DNA from: Andalucia godoyi And28
Taxonomy: Eukaryota; Protista; Jakobida
Direction: 5' to 3'
DNA: 64,000 nucleotides
Assembly (NCBI GenBank): GCA_009859145.1
Contig: VRVR01000014.1
Coordinates: 3,548 to 67,547 of the forward strand
Shown here: in pieces, positions 1-12,342 of the stretch
Position numbering within the stretch: position 1 is the first letter of the stretch
How the letters are laid out: every line of letters starts with the position of its first letter
Made by a program: the position numbers and the translations under genes
Notes under the pieces: model-generated
Told to the model about the DNA's origin: nothing
The model's database searches: none
Seen by the model: the letters and a program-made list of their open reading frames with translations, nothing else

Positions 1-422
1 ATATGGCACGCAACGCTGCAATTTGTACCCATCAGAATCAATTAGCGTGGACGCAGCAGCGTGTTGCAGACTACCCCAGATTCAAAAGGGTGGAAACCGT
101 GCTCACACTCGACCAGCGTTTGCTGCCATCATGATGGGGCGTGAGAACACTCAGAGAGCGTCGCCAGAGATTGCGCCGACGGTGCAGAGCAGGCACAGCT
201 GACCTCCCTTTCATCTAAAGATCGTGCATCTGTAAAATGGACGGATCGGTTCTCCAAAATGCTTTTCAATCCAGGCATTATACAGACCATTGCGAGTGCT
301 TTGATATTCATTTGCTGACGCACAAGACAAGACTCGATCTCGAAGCCCGTGGTTTCGCAAAAGACATTTTCCAAATGAGATTAGGCGACTTTTCTTCCGA
401 AGTGCTCAATTTTGTTGTGTCC

Positions 423-1463
423 ATGTCTCTATTTCGGAAGATTGTCCTGGTTTTCACGGCATTGGTAATTGCGCGTTTCGCCATTTCTTCTGAGTTTCGG
501 CTATTTTCACACAGTGCTAATGTCCCCCTTCTGCGTCCCGTCATTCGCGTTATTGTAATGGGAACACCAAGACGTATGTCTTATTTGGAAGAAGCTGAGC
601 GCACTTGGTTCCAGGACTGGGATCTTGATCGAGTTTTCATTGTTGGAAACCGCGACAACAACCAAGAAATAGTGCCGTTTCCGGAGGCCACGCTTCACCC
701 CCAGAGGAGAATTTTATACCCTCCATTCCACCCAAATGTTTCACACTCGCGAGATCGTTCGCAGCTGTTTTCCCGCTGGTTTTATGCTGCTGTTGACATA
801 CTGCGTATGTATCCGGACACTGAATGGGTGTTGCGTGTGTGTGATGATACGTATGTTGTCAAAGAAAATTTGGAAGCCTCCTTATTGGGAGTCGACTTTC
901 GTTTGTTGTCATTTATGGGACGAGCGTCGATTGCCTATCCCGAAGGAGTCAACTGGGTAAGGAACTACGAAGAAGATGTTCACGTGTTTTCCGCTCTCCA
1001 TCCAGGTGGTGGGGCTGGATGGCTCGTCAGTCGAAGGCTTGTAGAGTGGATGTCTCTCAATACTCAGACACTTGACGCCAATGCTTACCTCATGTTTTAC
1101 AATGATGACGTTTTTTCAGGATATTTCTTTTTGAAGGGGATCGGGCTAGCTGTGAAAAATCATGCTGGATTTGTGCAGGAACCATGTCTCTTGGAGAATG
1201 ATTTGGCGTCAATGGCGCCATGTCCACGAGACCTTCCCCTCTATCAGTTATCTCCTTTTTCTGACTGGGGTCCCATCATGCCTATGTTTCCGACTCGGTG
1301 GCCAGATTTGTCGGTTCTCCATACTTACTCGCCCTCCATGTTCCAAACTTATAGGGAAATCCAGACTTACAGGGAAAGGCATCGCATACGATTCTCGATC
1401 TCTCCTATGAACCAACCTATCATACAACTGCATGAATCAAAGTTTGTTCTTTGTTTAGAATAA
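423..1463 (+). CDS. Type II membrane glycosyltransferase, GT31/Fringe-like (beta-1,3-galactosyltransferase-like)
   Basis: ORF 237-1463; likely start MSLFRKIVLVFTALVIARFA (signal anchor) at 423; DxD-type motif in WVLRVCDDTYVV; GGGAGWLVSR and DDVFSG motifs typical of GT31. Confidence 0.7.
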   Translation: MSLFRKIVLVFTALVIARFAISSEFRLFSHSANVPLLRPVIRVIVMGTPRRMSYLEEAERTWFQDWDLDRVFIVGNRDNNQEIVPFPEATLHPQRRILYPPFHPNVSHSRDRSQLFSRWFYAAVDILRMYPDTEWVLRVCDDTYVVKENLEASLLGVDFRLLSFMGRASIAYPEGVNWVRNYEEDVHVFSALHPGGGAGWLVSRRLVEWMSLNTQTLDANAYLMFYNDDVFSGYFFLKGIGLAVKNHAGFVQEPCLLENDLASMAPCPRDLPLYQLSPFSDWGPIMPMFPTRWPDLSVLHTYSPSMFQTYREIQTYRERHRIRFSISPMNQPIIQLHESKFVLCLE

Positions 1464-1917
1464 ACAAACGGAGGTCCGTCTTGCCCATGAGTTGCCAATG
1501 ATTGTGCATCTCACGTCACCATATTGTAGTCAAGTCTAGAAAATTTCTTCATTATTCACTTTGCATATCTCTATTTATTTCTGTTTGTTTGTGCTTTTTA
1601 TAATCAAAGACAAAAACATCTCATGGCTTCAAAAAGAAGGATCTTTCCAACAAACTCAAACCGGCCATGCCCGACGATGCCGAGAACCAAGGAAACCGTT
1701 GATCCCTCTCGTCTGAGGCAGAGAGCAGCAAGAAGAAGCGACAACCCTTTGATGCAGAACAGTCTACATTGAAGAGTTAGTGCTCGCCCCCAATTAAAGA
1801 CGCAAAACAAAACATGTGGCTTGGACCTGTCTTCAGTGACAGCTTAGCCGATGACCAATCTCATGTTTTGGCGAGCGGTGTGTTCTCTGCATGTCACTGT
1901 AAAACACCAACATTCAT

Positions 1918-3711
1918 TTGTCCAGTGTCGCCAGCTCCTGCATGAGAAAGGATATTGTTTGTCCCCTTTTGCAATACAGGGAAGTTCGCTCGGAAATCGG
2001 AGCTTGGACGGCACACGAAGGCTCTGAACGTTGTCAGAAACACCTTCCGGAGAAGGCCAAAAACATTCCGATGGATCCTCGTTCATTGTGGCCTCGTGTT
2101 GATTCCGTTGCTGGTGATCTCGTAGACGTAGAAAGTTTCATCGGTGGTGATGGAACTTATTCCTCCGTAACGGCGTCTGTTTGCCGTTGGATTGCCTCTC
2201 CCATAGTCCGCTCGGAGCTTGTGCACACCGCTGTACAGGCCAGACCTTTAATTGAGAAGACGCTGCTATCAGCCAGTTCACCTCGCGTTCCTAGGACAAA
2301 CGCTGATTCTGATGGTCAAGACACACTACATTTCGCCGATATTGTCCTGTACTGTGACGGTGTGATAACCGAAAGGTGGCAGTGTATTCGGTTCTTCGAA
2401 AGTATTTGGGAAAACAGGGACCGCATTCGAGACACACATTTGCAGCTGTTCGTGCGAAGCTGGAAAGCGATAGACTTCATGGCTTAGACGTCATTCCTGT
2501 TTCTGTGAGTCTGGAATTATTTTTTTCGACGGCTTACGAATCTTCTGTCGCAATACATCAGACTGCGGTACTTGCATGATGAATCGTGTGAATTATCGAT
2601 GTGAACGTATACCCGATGTCCACCGAGCTCGCCCTCACGACCCAGTTGTCTTGGCCACAAGAAATCGAAATGACAATGTTCAAGAGCGTCCCCTGAACCT
2701 GGACATTTCGGAACATGATGTGCGGCTCGTTCGAGAATCCGTCATTTCTGTGTTTCGCGTAGACAAGGGGGCTGGAGTGGCTTTCGTTTTCAGGCCTCTT
2801 TATTTTGGAACATCGGTAGACGGGGTTGCGCGAAACGAAGTCGTGGGCATGAAATCAATCGGACTTTCTCTTCGGATGCATAGCAGATGCACGTTTCATC
2901 AATGAGCGTTTGTCGTACGATCAGAGGTTCTGCGCAGACTCGAGCGATGGTGTCTTCGAGGATTTCCCCCCTCGATTAGGAATTGCCGAACTGAGCTTAG
3001 TACGCCTACTGGACGGCGATTCGACAACAAATTTCGCGCGAGCTCGCATTGGTGCCCAAGAGTACCATTTCTTCTCACCCCTGTGGCATCTCACGCCGTC
3101 AGTCTTGCAGATCATCGCAGTCGACGCCTTCCATGCAGACGGGGAGGTTCTGGTTCCAAGACACCTCGAACAGGGTTGAAGCGGAACTGGTGGCATCTTA
3201 CAAGAACAGGGGTATCCACGAGGGGCCAAGAAGGAATGGAGTTCTGGATAGCTTTCTCAATATTTTTTTTCGCAGGATGCTAGACAAGAACGTGGGTGGG
3301 GTCTGCAAAATTCGCCAGCTTGAAACGGCAAAAATGGGCCACAAACGGCCGCATGAAAATGGACACAATGAAGCGGATGCCTCTCATTTTTTGCGGGATG
3401 TGCTGTCGCCATTGGAGTACTGCCGGTTCATGGAGTCCAAGGCAGGAATCGGGTTGCGGGAACATTCGTGTTTAAGTAAGTGTCTCATGCAGAATGCTTA
3501 CATTTTGAATGGTTCCCTCACTGAGCTTCGGGCTCAGGTGCACAAGTGTCTTCTGCAAATGGCGGAGTCTGTGGGTCACAACCTTTTCGTGCTGACTTTG
3601 CATATGTTTGAGCACTTCGCGGACTGTTTCGAGTATCTTGGTATCCTGTTCCAGTCAATGACGTTTCGTTTTGAAAGAGTCATCAAGAACGTCAAATCCT
3701 TCTATGAATAA
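1918..3711 (+). mobile_element. Decayed CACTA/Mirage-like (CMC superfamily) DNA transposase, split over several frames
   Basis: Consecutive + strand ORF fragments carry the expected motifs in order: IVLYCDG (1918-2487), SVDGVARNEVVGMK (2576-2905), VDAFHADG (2910-3179), LHMFEHFADCFEYLGILFQSMTFRFERVIKNVK (3049-3711). Frameshifts and stops separate them. Confidence 0.6.
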
Positions 3712-3929
3712 CTTTCTTCCTCGTTTTCTTTTCAGTTTTCTTATCGTTCAGCTGTTCCGTTGACGTCAGATTCGATATGTGACACACCCAAGTTCTCCCC
3801 CATCAATGAATCTGCCGCTGGTTTCCAACAAATTCACGACGTTGACACAATACTCACAACAAGCCTCAATAAAAGATGTTAGAGATTTACAAAAAAAAAA
3901 TAAAAAATGGAACTGGACAGTTCTGATAA

Positions 3930-5408
3930 TTACCCAAAACGGAATGAAAAATGTTGCTGACCGCCGCCAAAGCCACCTCCAAAGTTGTCACCAAAAGGAT
4001 TGAAACCTGGATGCCCAAAGCCTCCGTGCCCACCAGGCTGATGCTGCTGTTCAAAATCCTCGCCGGCATCATATTTTCGTCGCTTTTCTTGGTCAGTCAG
4101 AATCTCATAGGCATCATTCAACTCTCGGAACTTCGTTTCGTACTCGGCTTGCTTTCCTTCCGGAGCCTTGTCTGGGTGCAACTTTGAAGCAAGCTTCCTG
4201 TACGCTTTCTTGATCTCCTTTTCAGATGCAGTTTTTGGTACCCCGATCACCTTGTACAAATCCTTGCGAGAAGCCATCCGCTGCAGACGCTGCACTTTGC
4301 TGATTCCCTCCATGGGGCGCTGGTCATTGGGACTTTTCTCTCGGGCTCGTTGAAATTCGCGAAGAGCACTGTCAAGGTCATCTTTGAGAATGAATGCTTC
4401 TGCACGGAACAAAATGGGATCCACTGTCGATGTATCCAGCGCCTCCGCCAGAGAACAAGATTCCAAAGCAGCATCTGCATCCTTCAACTTCACATGACAA
4501 TCACAAATGGCGGAAGCCAACTGGAGTGCCATCTGTGCATGTGGTTCCGCTCGTTGGGCCTGCAGGAACGACTTCAGGGCGTCACCAAACCTTTGTTCTG
4601 CAAATGCTTGCTGCCCTTCAGAATGGTGCCGCAGCATGTCGCGAAGCCTCTTGTGCTCCAACTTTGCGTCTTTGTGATCGGGATCCAGCTTCAAGACGCG
4701 TTTAAAATTCTGCAGAGCAGAATCAATGGACCCAAGATTGATCAACGCACGCCCAAGAACCATCAATGCTTCAATCTGCGTTCTACCTGACGCAGTATGC
4801 TCGGATTTCCTTCCCAAGATTTTGTTCGTCTCTTCGCGAACAATACCAATGTCATCCGCACGAAGAGCACAAACAGCCCTTTCCAACCGCAATGCATCCG
4901 ACTCCCTCGCAACTGCAAGTATTCTTGCGTATTCTAGCAGGCCATCCGAGAGAGCCTCCTGGGGACGATCGGGGGAGCATAATTGGCGGGCTCTTTTCAA
5001 ACTGTTGGAAAGAGAAGTTAGCTTTGGATCAAATGGATACTTTCGCAGCCCTTCCTCTACCTTCCCGAGCAGCAAGTACAGTTTTGGAAGATAATCTGCC
5101 CCAACCCTGTCTTCCGCTCTTTCAAAGTCTGCAATTGCAGCATCATACTTCTTCGAAAGATACAAAACCTCCCCTCGCTTAGCATATATGCTCATCAACA
5201 CAGATGCAGACGTTCCGGAAGCGGGAGAATTGGCGACTGAAAGCGCCTTGGAATATGAATCAAGCGCTTCTGCATATTTACCCGAAGAAAAAGCAGTTTT
5301 GGCTTGTTGAAGAAGGGCGTCAATACCAGTCGCGAGCGAAACCTGGATGAAAAACGTCGCGAATACCACGATACCAAGCACGGCGCAGCACTGGAAACTC
5401 ATGTGCAT
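3930..5408 (-). CDS. DNAJC3: ER co-chaperone DnaJ/TPR protein (P58IPK-like)
   Basis: Signal peptide after MHMSF, TPR repeats, C-terminal J domain (DLYKVIGV...[13 protein letters not shown]) and G/F-rich tail ending HFSFRFG. Confidence 0.88.
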   Translation of the reverse strand: MHMSFQCCAVLGIVVFATFFIQVSLATGIDALLQQAKTAFSSGKYAEALDSYSKALSVANSPASGTSASVLMSIYAKRGEVLYLSKKYDAAIADFERAEDRVGADYLPKLYLLLGKVEEGLRKYPFDPKLTSLSNSLKRARQLCSPDRPQEALSDGLLEYARILAVARESDALRLERAVCALRADDIGIVREETNKILGRKSEHTASGRTQIEALMVLGRALINLGSIDSALQNFKRVLKLDPDHKDAKLEHKRLRDMLRHHSEGQQAFAEQRFGDALKSFLQAQRAEPHAQMALQLASAICDCHVKLKDADAALESCSLAEALDTSTVDPILFRAEAFILKDDLDSALREFQRAREKSPNDQRPMEGISKVQRLQRMASRKDLYKVIGVPKTASEKEIKKAYRKLASKLHPDKAPEGKQAEYETKFRELNDAYEILTDQEKRRKYDAGEDFEQQHQPGGHGGFGHPGFNPFGDNFGGGFGGGQQHFSFRFG

Positions 5409-5853
5409 GTGTCTTTTTTTCTTCTTCTCCCCTCCTCTTCTGCTTGGAAAACAGCACACTGGTTGCATACAAAATTACAGAGTGAATGGGGTTGAGAAGC
5501 GGGAAAACGGTGGTGTTGGTGTTTTGAGAATCGGGCGAATGGGCAGCTGGCAAGTAGCAGCAAAGGGTTTGGTGAAACGTGGCCACGTCATTTCGTTCAA
5601 TCATCACAAAGCCAAAAAAATTATAGCAAAGCAAAGCCAAGAAAGAAAAAATCCGGCCGATGTGAATTTGACTTGATTCTGCTGTGCTCTTGCCTTTGAT
5701 GCTTCCCGAAAAAGCCGTGAGAAAACAGTTTGTTTCCTAAATGAAAAAAAATAAAATAAAATAAAATAAAACAGAAAAAGAAACCGCCCGGTTTCCTGCA
5801 GAAAAATACCGATTCGCCGCTAGGTCGTCTTCACAGGATTGCCTGCGTTGATC

Positions 5854-6510
5854 ATGTCGTCGAATCTCACAATTTCAGAACTGGCCAACTCGTCTGCAGT
5901 GAGGCTGCGTGCGGATATCTCGAAGCGCCGCCATCGGCACCTGCAAAAGAATGCGGAGGAGAATCACCAGTTGGACGTTAGGAAGCGATCCTCAGACCGG
6001 ACATGGAGTGCTGCTCACGAATGCACTTTTGAACGAATGCTGCGATCTCGTGATGATATCCGAAAGTGGTTCAGCAAATACTCGTCCGGGAAAATCCAAG
6101 ACCCCTTTCTGAGCGGATTTTCAGAGTATCACACTGCGTCGAACGAGCAGCATTTCCAGCCACATCCACCAACGGGTGGGGGGTCTCCGTCGACAGAGCC
6201 TCGAAAGTATTTCGGAAGAACAAAATCGTTGGCGCAGCCGGCTTGTAACAGCAGCGTTGTGATCCCTCCGCTGAGGCTTGACAAGGAAAACTTGGCTCCA
6301 AGGCTGCCACTGATTGAACAAACACGATATTGCATTTCTGCACGCGATGAGAGAAGCTTACCTGTGTATCAGCCAGACATCCCACTATCCTCGAGGAGGA
6401 AAGCAGAACGAAAAGCGTTTAACGTGGATTTTATGCAGAGTGCCAAGTATTCGATCGAGAGAGGCCGGTCTGTGCTCCGCACTCCGTGGGCTGTCAACAC
6501 GGATTTGTAG
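5854..6510 (+). CDS. Hypothetical protein (~218 aa)
   Basis: Open frame with coding-like composition between AT-rich spacers; ATG at 5854; no family recognised. Confidence 0.5.
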   Translation: MSSNLTISELANSSAVRLRADISKRRHRHLQKNAEENHQLDVRKRSSDRTWSAAHECTFERMLRSRDDIRKWFSKYSSGKIQDPFLSGFSEYHTASNEQHFQPHPPTGGGSPSTEPRKYFGRTKSLAQPACNSSVVIPPLRLDKENLAPRLPLIEQTRYCISARDERSLPVYQPDIPLSSRRKAERKAFNVDFMQSAKYSIERGRSVLRTPWAVNTDL

Positions 6511-6842
6511 ATGGGCACGTCCCGTTTTCACAAGATGTACACCTATTATCGATAATCAAATATTCTTGAATTTTTTATTACACTCTACAAGCAGACTGTG
6601 GTTTCTGCGCAAATACAAAGTAACTTTCTCATGTCATCACAATACCCTCATCAACACCATCGTCATCACAGCCACCGCCTTTCCCCTCCCATCATCCATG
6701 CTCCACATGTTCCCATTCATGAAACACATTTTTCAATCCTGAAAATAATCCTCATTGCTTTCCGATACGGTCAGAGCATTTGTGCCCAACATCTTGGATG
6801 CAGCCCTGATCAATTCTTTTAGGAGAAAAAAAACCATAAAGA

Positions 6843-8120
6843 TCACTGTTGCAACTGCTCCTTGGGCTTGCGGTTCTGTAATTCGCGTGGACGGCGCTGA
6901 GACTGCTCTCCATCACCGTTTTGATGCTCCTTGCGAGGGATACGACCGTTCTGAGAAACAGAACCCGCAGTTCCTGCTGGACGAGGGCCCTTCGCATTGC
7001 CCTCGGGTCCGCGACCCTTGAGCGCGACCTCCACAGGATGACCAGCCACAGTCAAGCCATTTGAGGAAACAGCGCGCTGAGCAGCCTCCGATGAGTCAAA
7101 ATCGACAAAGCCATAACCCTTGAGAGCTGCAAGCATCATGCCGACAATAGTTCCAAACTGACCAAAGACCTCACGTAAAACGGTCTCCGTGACAGACGGG
7201 TCAGCAGCAAACCGCACGTAGATTGTAGCATCCGCGGAACGCTTGGGCTTGTGCGTCTTCTCTTCTCCATGAGACGCCGATGACGTAGGAGGAGCAACTG
7301 CTGCAGCAACAGGGGCCTTCGACGATTCGATCTTCTGAGGCGCAGGTGCTGTAACTGTGGTGGATGTCATTCCGGAAGACTTTGAAGAAGCAGAAATCAT
7401 GGCAGCATATGACTTCGGGGCATCGGGTTTCTGTTCCTTTTCCTCCTTTCTAGGCTGTGACGACGCATCCTTCTTCGGTTCGCGCTTTGCCTGCTTTGGC
7501 TGTTGGCCTTCAGCTTTCTGAGAGGCGGCAGGTGCGGGCACATGGGTTTCCTTGGTGGCAGGAGCAGCGACAACACTTGCAACTTCCTTTGCAGGATGCG
7601 AAACTGGGACAGTTGCCACCGAAGCAGCAGGCGTATCCTTTTTTTCCTTCTCAGCAACAGAATGAGCAACTGTGGAAAGAACCGGTGAGGACGACGAAGA
7701 CGAACCGCCAAAAGCGGCAGGAGCAGAGTCGGCGAAGATCAGCAGATCGTTCGTGATGACGAATGCGGAATCGACCTTCTTGAGCACAAATGCGCGAGAA
7801 AAGCGATGACGAGCAACAGAAGCAGAAACATGCAAGGTGGCAGTCAGCAAAATGGTCAAGTCCCCGTTTGCATTCGTTGTCTGGGCTTGCAGAGTATCCA
7901 CAACCGTGCGGCAGTCCAGTTCCTTCAGGTTCATATCGTCGAAGCGCTTGCGAATAGCCTCTGCTCCAGATACTTCCAAGTCCGATGCGTCGCCACCTGA
8001 AACGGTGAGAACGGCATTATCCGCGTAAAAGCGGTAGAGCTCCTCAGGCTTTGAATGAAGAGAGGAAAAGTACACCTTGGCAAACAAGGCTGCAACAGAC
8101 TTGGCATTATGCTCAGTCAT
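6843..8120 (-). CDS. NTF2 + RRM protein (G3BP/Bre5/Nxt3 family)
   Basis: N-terminal NTF2-like domain (FAKVYFSSL...LYRFYADNAVLT...FSRAFVL...ITNDL), low-complexity linker, RRM with RNP1 KGYGFVDF; start MTEHNAK. Confidence 0.85.
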   Translation of the reverse strand: MTEHNAKSVAALFAKVYFSSLHSKPEELYRFYADNAVLTVSGGDASDLEVSGAEAIRKRFDDMNLKELDCRTVVDTLQAQTTNANGDLTILLTATLHVSASVARHRFSRAFVLKKVDSAFVITNDLLIFADSAPAAFGGSSSSSSPVLSTVAHSVAEKEKKDTPAASVATVPVSHPAKEVASVVAAPATKETHVPAPAASQKAEGQQPKQAKREPKKDASSQPRKEEKEQKPDAPKSYAAMISASSKSSGMTSTTVTAPAPQKIESSKAPVAAAVAPPTSSASHGEEKTHKPKRSADATIYVRFAADPSVTETVLREVFGQFGTIVGMMLAALKGYGFVDFDSSEAAQRAVSSNGLTVAGHPVEVALKGRGPEGNAKGPRPAGTAGSVSQNGRIPRKEHQNGDGEQSQRRPRELQNRKPKEQLQQ

Positions 8121-8749
8121 TTTTTTTTTTTTGTTCTTCTTTTTTCTTTCTTTCTTTCTTTCTTTGACAGGAGAAGGTGGAGAAGGTGGAGAAGACGGAG
8201 AGCGAGAAGGAAAAGGACAGAGAGAAGGATGGAAAAAGCCACAAGGAAAAAAAGTGAAACGATCACACAGCGGCCGCAGAGGGTGTGCTGTGCGCAGCGT
8301 GCGCACGAAAACAAAAGTTGGTCTCTGACACATGTGCCCTTCCTGCCTTTTTGTATTGTGCACGCGGTTCGAGTTTTGCTGAGTTTTTTCCTTCTACAAC
8401 AGCGAGAAAAAATGCGCAACGCGATTTTTTCCAGTCTTTATTATTATTATTATTATTTTCAATATTAAAAAACAGGAAAGGGGATTGCTTTCTTGTTTGT
8501 GCACCCAATGCCGCGAATCGCATGCTCGTGCAAGGTACACGTCACGTGAACAGAATCTTTCGAGGCCATCATGAAACGGGAGAGAGATGCGCCGAGTCCA
8601 TCTCCACACGTGGGTGGACGGGCCCGTGCTGATATGCAATTCGACGAACGAAGGATCTCGCGGTGCGCTGTTTCGAACAGTCCAACTACAGCTACAAGAG
8701 AAAGAAAAGGATAGGATAAAATAAAAAATGAGGATGGAGAAGCTGTTCT

Positions 8750-9956
8750 TCATGTCGATCGCAACTTGCTCAAATACACTTTGGCAAGGACGGCATCATG
8801 CTGAGACGACGGAAAAGAATCGACGGTGTCCATGACGGTCAGGGAGTCGCTGGGGTCTCTTCGGAACAAGAAATATCCATGAAAATGCACAACAGCACGT
8901 CGAAGTTTTTCTTCAGCAGTCGACAGTGGAGTACGCCCGTTCTGAATGTCGCGCAGAGGACATCCAATGATCTTTTCCATCAACGAGTCACTGAAGAATG
9001 CTTCTTGCAGTTCCCTGCAAATGCCATCCGAAAAATACCACCTGCACGTGAAGCCCGAGTCGGGGGGCAGCGGAATGGATCCTGCGAGACAAGCGCGAAG
9101 AATCTTCATTTCTCCACGCTTGATGTCACCAAAGGACAAGGCAATTGCCGGCGATGCAGGTGCCACGCGTGCCACAGGGGCAGCCCGTCGATCCACATGC
9201 GATCTGTCAGTCTCTGCACCCGCATGTTGGTGACTTGCGGACGGAACAGCACTTCCGCTGCTTGAAGCTGAACTACGCTTCTGATCTGGACCCCGACTAC
9301 CAGAACGTGGTCTGTGGACGGAGCTCAATTTGTCAAGGTACTCGACACTACCGCCTAGCACAGAACACGTCTTGGGCGTCAGCAAAATCAAGCCATAGCT
9401 CACAATCGGGTTCTTTAGCTCAAGCTTAAAGCCAGACTGCAGATACGCCTCGTGCAGTGCTGGCACGTGAACCAGTTCCGAAGCGAAAAAACGATGCACA
9501 CCATCCGTCATGTTCAGTTTCAAGGTTTTCGGGTGCTTCTTCCTTGAGCTGCCGTCGCGATTCTTGGCCAGAGTCGAATCGTCGTCCAACAATGCATCGG
9601 CAAATCCGCCATTCTCTCCAAGCTCCTCTGATTCATGCGACGGGTGAGACACATCGACGGACTCGTCGACCTGCAGAACGAATGTGCCAGGAATTGCAAC
9701 ATTGCACATGGTGGACATATCCGCGGGCAGCTTGCTTCCAGCTGCGCACGTGTTGAAATCAGCATTCAGTGCTTGGTCAGTCAAGAACGTGGCCAGTGCT
9801 TCGACATTGCTCGCAATGTTATTCTCTCGCTCTTCGGCATGACAAAGCGCCATGTGAATCCACTCCTCGCGCATAAGAATCCCGCGACGAGCCAGTCTCT
9901 CTTTTGCATCCAACAGGAGCGGATGATACTGCATCTTCTTTTGTGGATGGGGAGGG

Positions 9957-10008
<52 letters not shown>

Positions 10009-10048
10009 CGTTGTTGTTGTTGTTTACAGACGCATTCTTTTCTATCAA
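8750..10048 (-). CDS. RMI1: RecQ-mediated genome instability protein 1
   Basis: DUF1767/OB-fold motifs (FVLQVDESVDVS; LKLNMTDG...GFKLEL...GLILLTP...VLGGSV) plus C-terminal RMI1_C-like segment (FFSDSLMEKIIG); N-terminal poly-Asn; alternative start MQYHP. Confidence 0.8.
9956..10022. repeat. (GTT)n/(AAC)n microsatellite encoding poly-Asn in RMI1
   Basis: Direct trinucleotide repeat. Confidence 0.9.
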
Positions 10049-10375
10049 CGATTTCCTTCCGTTTCACGACGACTGAAAAGCAAAATCTTTGAGCAAAATT
10101 CCCCCTCTCCAAAAAAATATTTTAAAAAATAATCATGATAAAATAAAAGCGCTGTGATGGGTGAATCGTGGTCACGAGACCCAATTCTTAAAGCGACACG
10201 CAGGAAGGCGATGTCGAATACATAGAATGGATGCGAAACCCACAGGTTGTTATTTCCGACTCATTTACTGATTTTTCAAGTCCCTCCAACGATGATGCCG
10301 TGGTTAACAAGCAACAGCAGCAACAACAAAAACAAAAACAAAAACAACAGCAATGATCATTATGAATATGTACGG

Positions 10376-10597
10376 TTAAGAGCGGTGCGAAACATGGATG
10401 TCGTGGTACTTCTTCACAGTGAAGTAATACGTGGCGACTCCAAGAGCAACTGCAGGTGCGACATCAAAGAAGTTGCGGCGAACTTTTCCAGTGATCTTTG
10501 AAAACGCCGTAGACAGGAACCCCTTGAAAAGCTTCTGCTCGGCAGACGAAATGTGGTATGTAATAACGTTCTTTTCGAACTGAGGTGGACCGCCCAT
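10376..10597 (-). CDS. QCR8: Cytochrome bc1 complex subunit 8 (73 aa)
   Basis: MGGPPQFEKNVITYHISSAEQKLFKG...RNFFDVAPAVALGVATYYF matches the QCR8 pattern (I.TY.LSP.EQ, single TM helix). Confidence 0.85.
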   Translation of the reverse strand: MGGPPQFEKNVITYHISSAEQKLFKGFLSTAFSKITGKVRRNFFDVAPAVALGVATYYFTVKKYHDIHVSHRS

Positions 10598-11040
10598 TAT
10601 TTGCACTTGAAAACTGTTTCGCTGACCAATAAGGACAACAGGAAGCACCAAAGCACGCAACAAAATTTAAATTTAAAATTGAGAGGAAAGGAAAGGAAAA
10701 GGAGAGAATATGTGTGAAAGTGAGTGAAAAGAGGGGAAAAAATAAAAGATGAAAGACTCGTGTCAATAAGCGCTAAACACGCAAATCCTTCATTTGGTGT
10801 TTTTTTTTTTTTACAGTTGCGTTTTTTTCAGACCAAGAACACTGGAGGGACGATCGCCGGCTTGGGCATGTGGGGCGACTGGTCAAAAGAATGTCGTACC
10901 GCACATCGCCACATGAGGAATGCGTAATGCGAAACTCCTCGCTTGCCGCCGGAATCCCGGGTCAAACGCTGCGGGCAGTTGACAATGTTGTAAAAGCACA
11001 GATTTTGCTGTGCTTCCACTTGCTCGCAAGCGCCAGGAGT

Positions 11041-11166
11041 CTAGTGTCGCTTTTGATTCTTGTGTACAGGAGGATGAGCATGCGGGAACGAATGTCCGTG
11101 TGCATGTTGTGCTGGGTTGGATGATTGTGCGGGGTGCGCTGGATGCGTCTGCGGAGCCTGCTGTGT

Positions 11167-11241
<75 letters not shown>

Positions 11242-12342
11242 TTGCTGCTGCTGCTGCACAGCTGCAGCGTACCCAGAAGACGAAATTCCATATCCAGAAA
11301 CTGGATTGCTAGCACTGTTTCCGTGTCTTTGTGGAAATGAATTGGCATAGGCAACGGTTTGCAAAGGAACACCAGAGTTGGACACGGGTCTCTTGATCTT
11401 GCTGTTCTCCATCTCCCGCGTCCACGCACGATCCACGGTTTCCAATGTTTCCTTGAATGACTGGTAACTATCCGCGGACAGAACAGAAATGTAAAACAGC
11501 TCTTGCACAATTTTCTCGACAGCCAACATGTCAATGTCGTGCTTCATGAACCAATCTCCCACAGCTTGCTTCGCGGTGAACGGCACGCTGCTGCCAGCAA
11601 CTGTGGATGCCGCAAGAACACGGATTTCAGGAGGCTGGTTGTCTTTGGCTGGCTCTCTCACTATCAGAGAGGCGGCGAAAATGCAAGATAAGGCAACCAT
11701 ATAAGGAGGATATGCAAGATTGACGGAACACGAGAAGGAGTCGTTCAAAATGGCCCAACCGTCATCGACAATCTGCTGGAGCACAGCCTTCTCGCGATCG
11801 CTGCGTGCCGTCGACATGAAATCTTCCGCAGCATTCACAAAATCCTCGTAAGGAAGATGCAGAAAGATGTCATAGTCGTGCAAAACACACGCGTACACAA
11901 ATCCTTCTGCGTCGAAAAAGTCAGTCGTGACGTACCGTGCCTTGCGATCAATCCTCGGGTTTCCATTCACCGGGCATTCCAGAAGCATGTTATGAACTCG
12001 CCGGTGGCCCAGCGGTATTTCATAAATCTTGCAGGCCAGCAGGACACACGCCCCGGCAACGAGAATCGGGTCGATGGACTCCGTGTACGAATACTTGGAG
12101 AAGAACATTCGGAAGATCATGAGTGCTCCTGCTTCTGCAACAGCCCGGATTTCCGTCCCGGACTGGTGCTGGAAATTGAAATTGAATCGATTGCATAAAT
12201 CTCGGATGTAGCGGGAATAGTGCAGATCGAGAAACCGCAGTTCTTTTTCCTGCATCCGACTTATGCGTACTCGTTCGCTGTAAATCTCGTCTAGCGGCCG
12301 CAGCGTCTTGCACTGATACGAAAGCCAATAATTCGTTGCCAT
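11041..12342 (-). CDS. CCNC: Cyclin C-like (Mediator kinase module cyclin)
   Basis: N-terminus MATNYWLS, cyclin box (AGALMIFRMFF...DPILVAGACVLLACKIYE), second cyclin fold (YPPYMVALSCI), poly-Q tail. Confidence 0.75.
11168..11255. repeat. (GCTGTT)n repeat encoding poly-Gln in cyclin C
   Basis: Direct hexamer repeat (CAGCAA on the coding strand). Confidence 0.9.

Noticed and set aside
58-80. GCGTGTTGCAGACTACCCC resembles the reverse strand of the repeat core (GCGTGTTGGGGCCTACCCC)
   Set aside because: The other motifs (CCTACAT, TTGCAWC, the GCC/GGC hairpin) are absent, and it lies in an open frame that may be the end of an upstream gene.
8470-8700. GC-rich block with a GTGTACC/GGGTGCAC stem followed by ACA (H/ACA snoRNA-like)
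   Set aside because: The internal loop is too asymmetric for a pseudouridylation pocket and there is no second line of evidence; it may simply be UTR.
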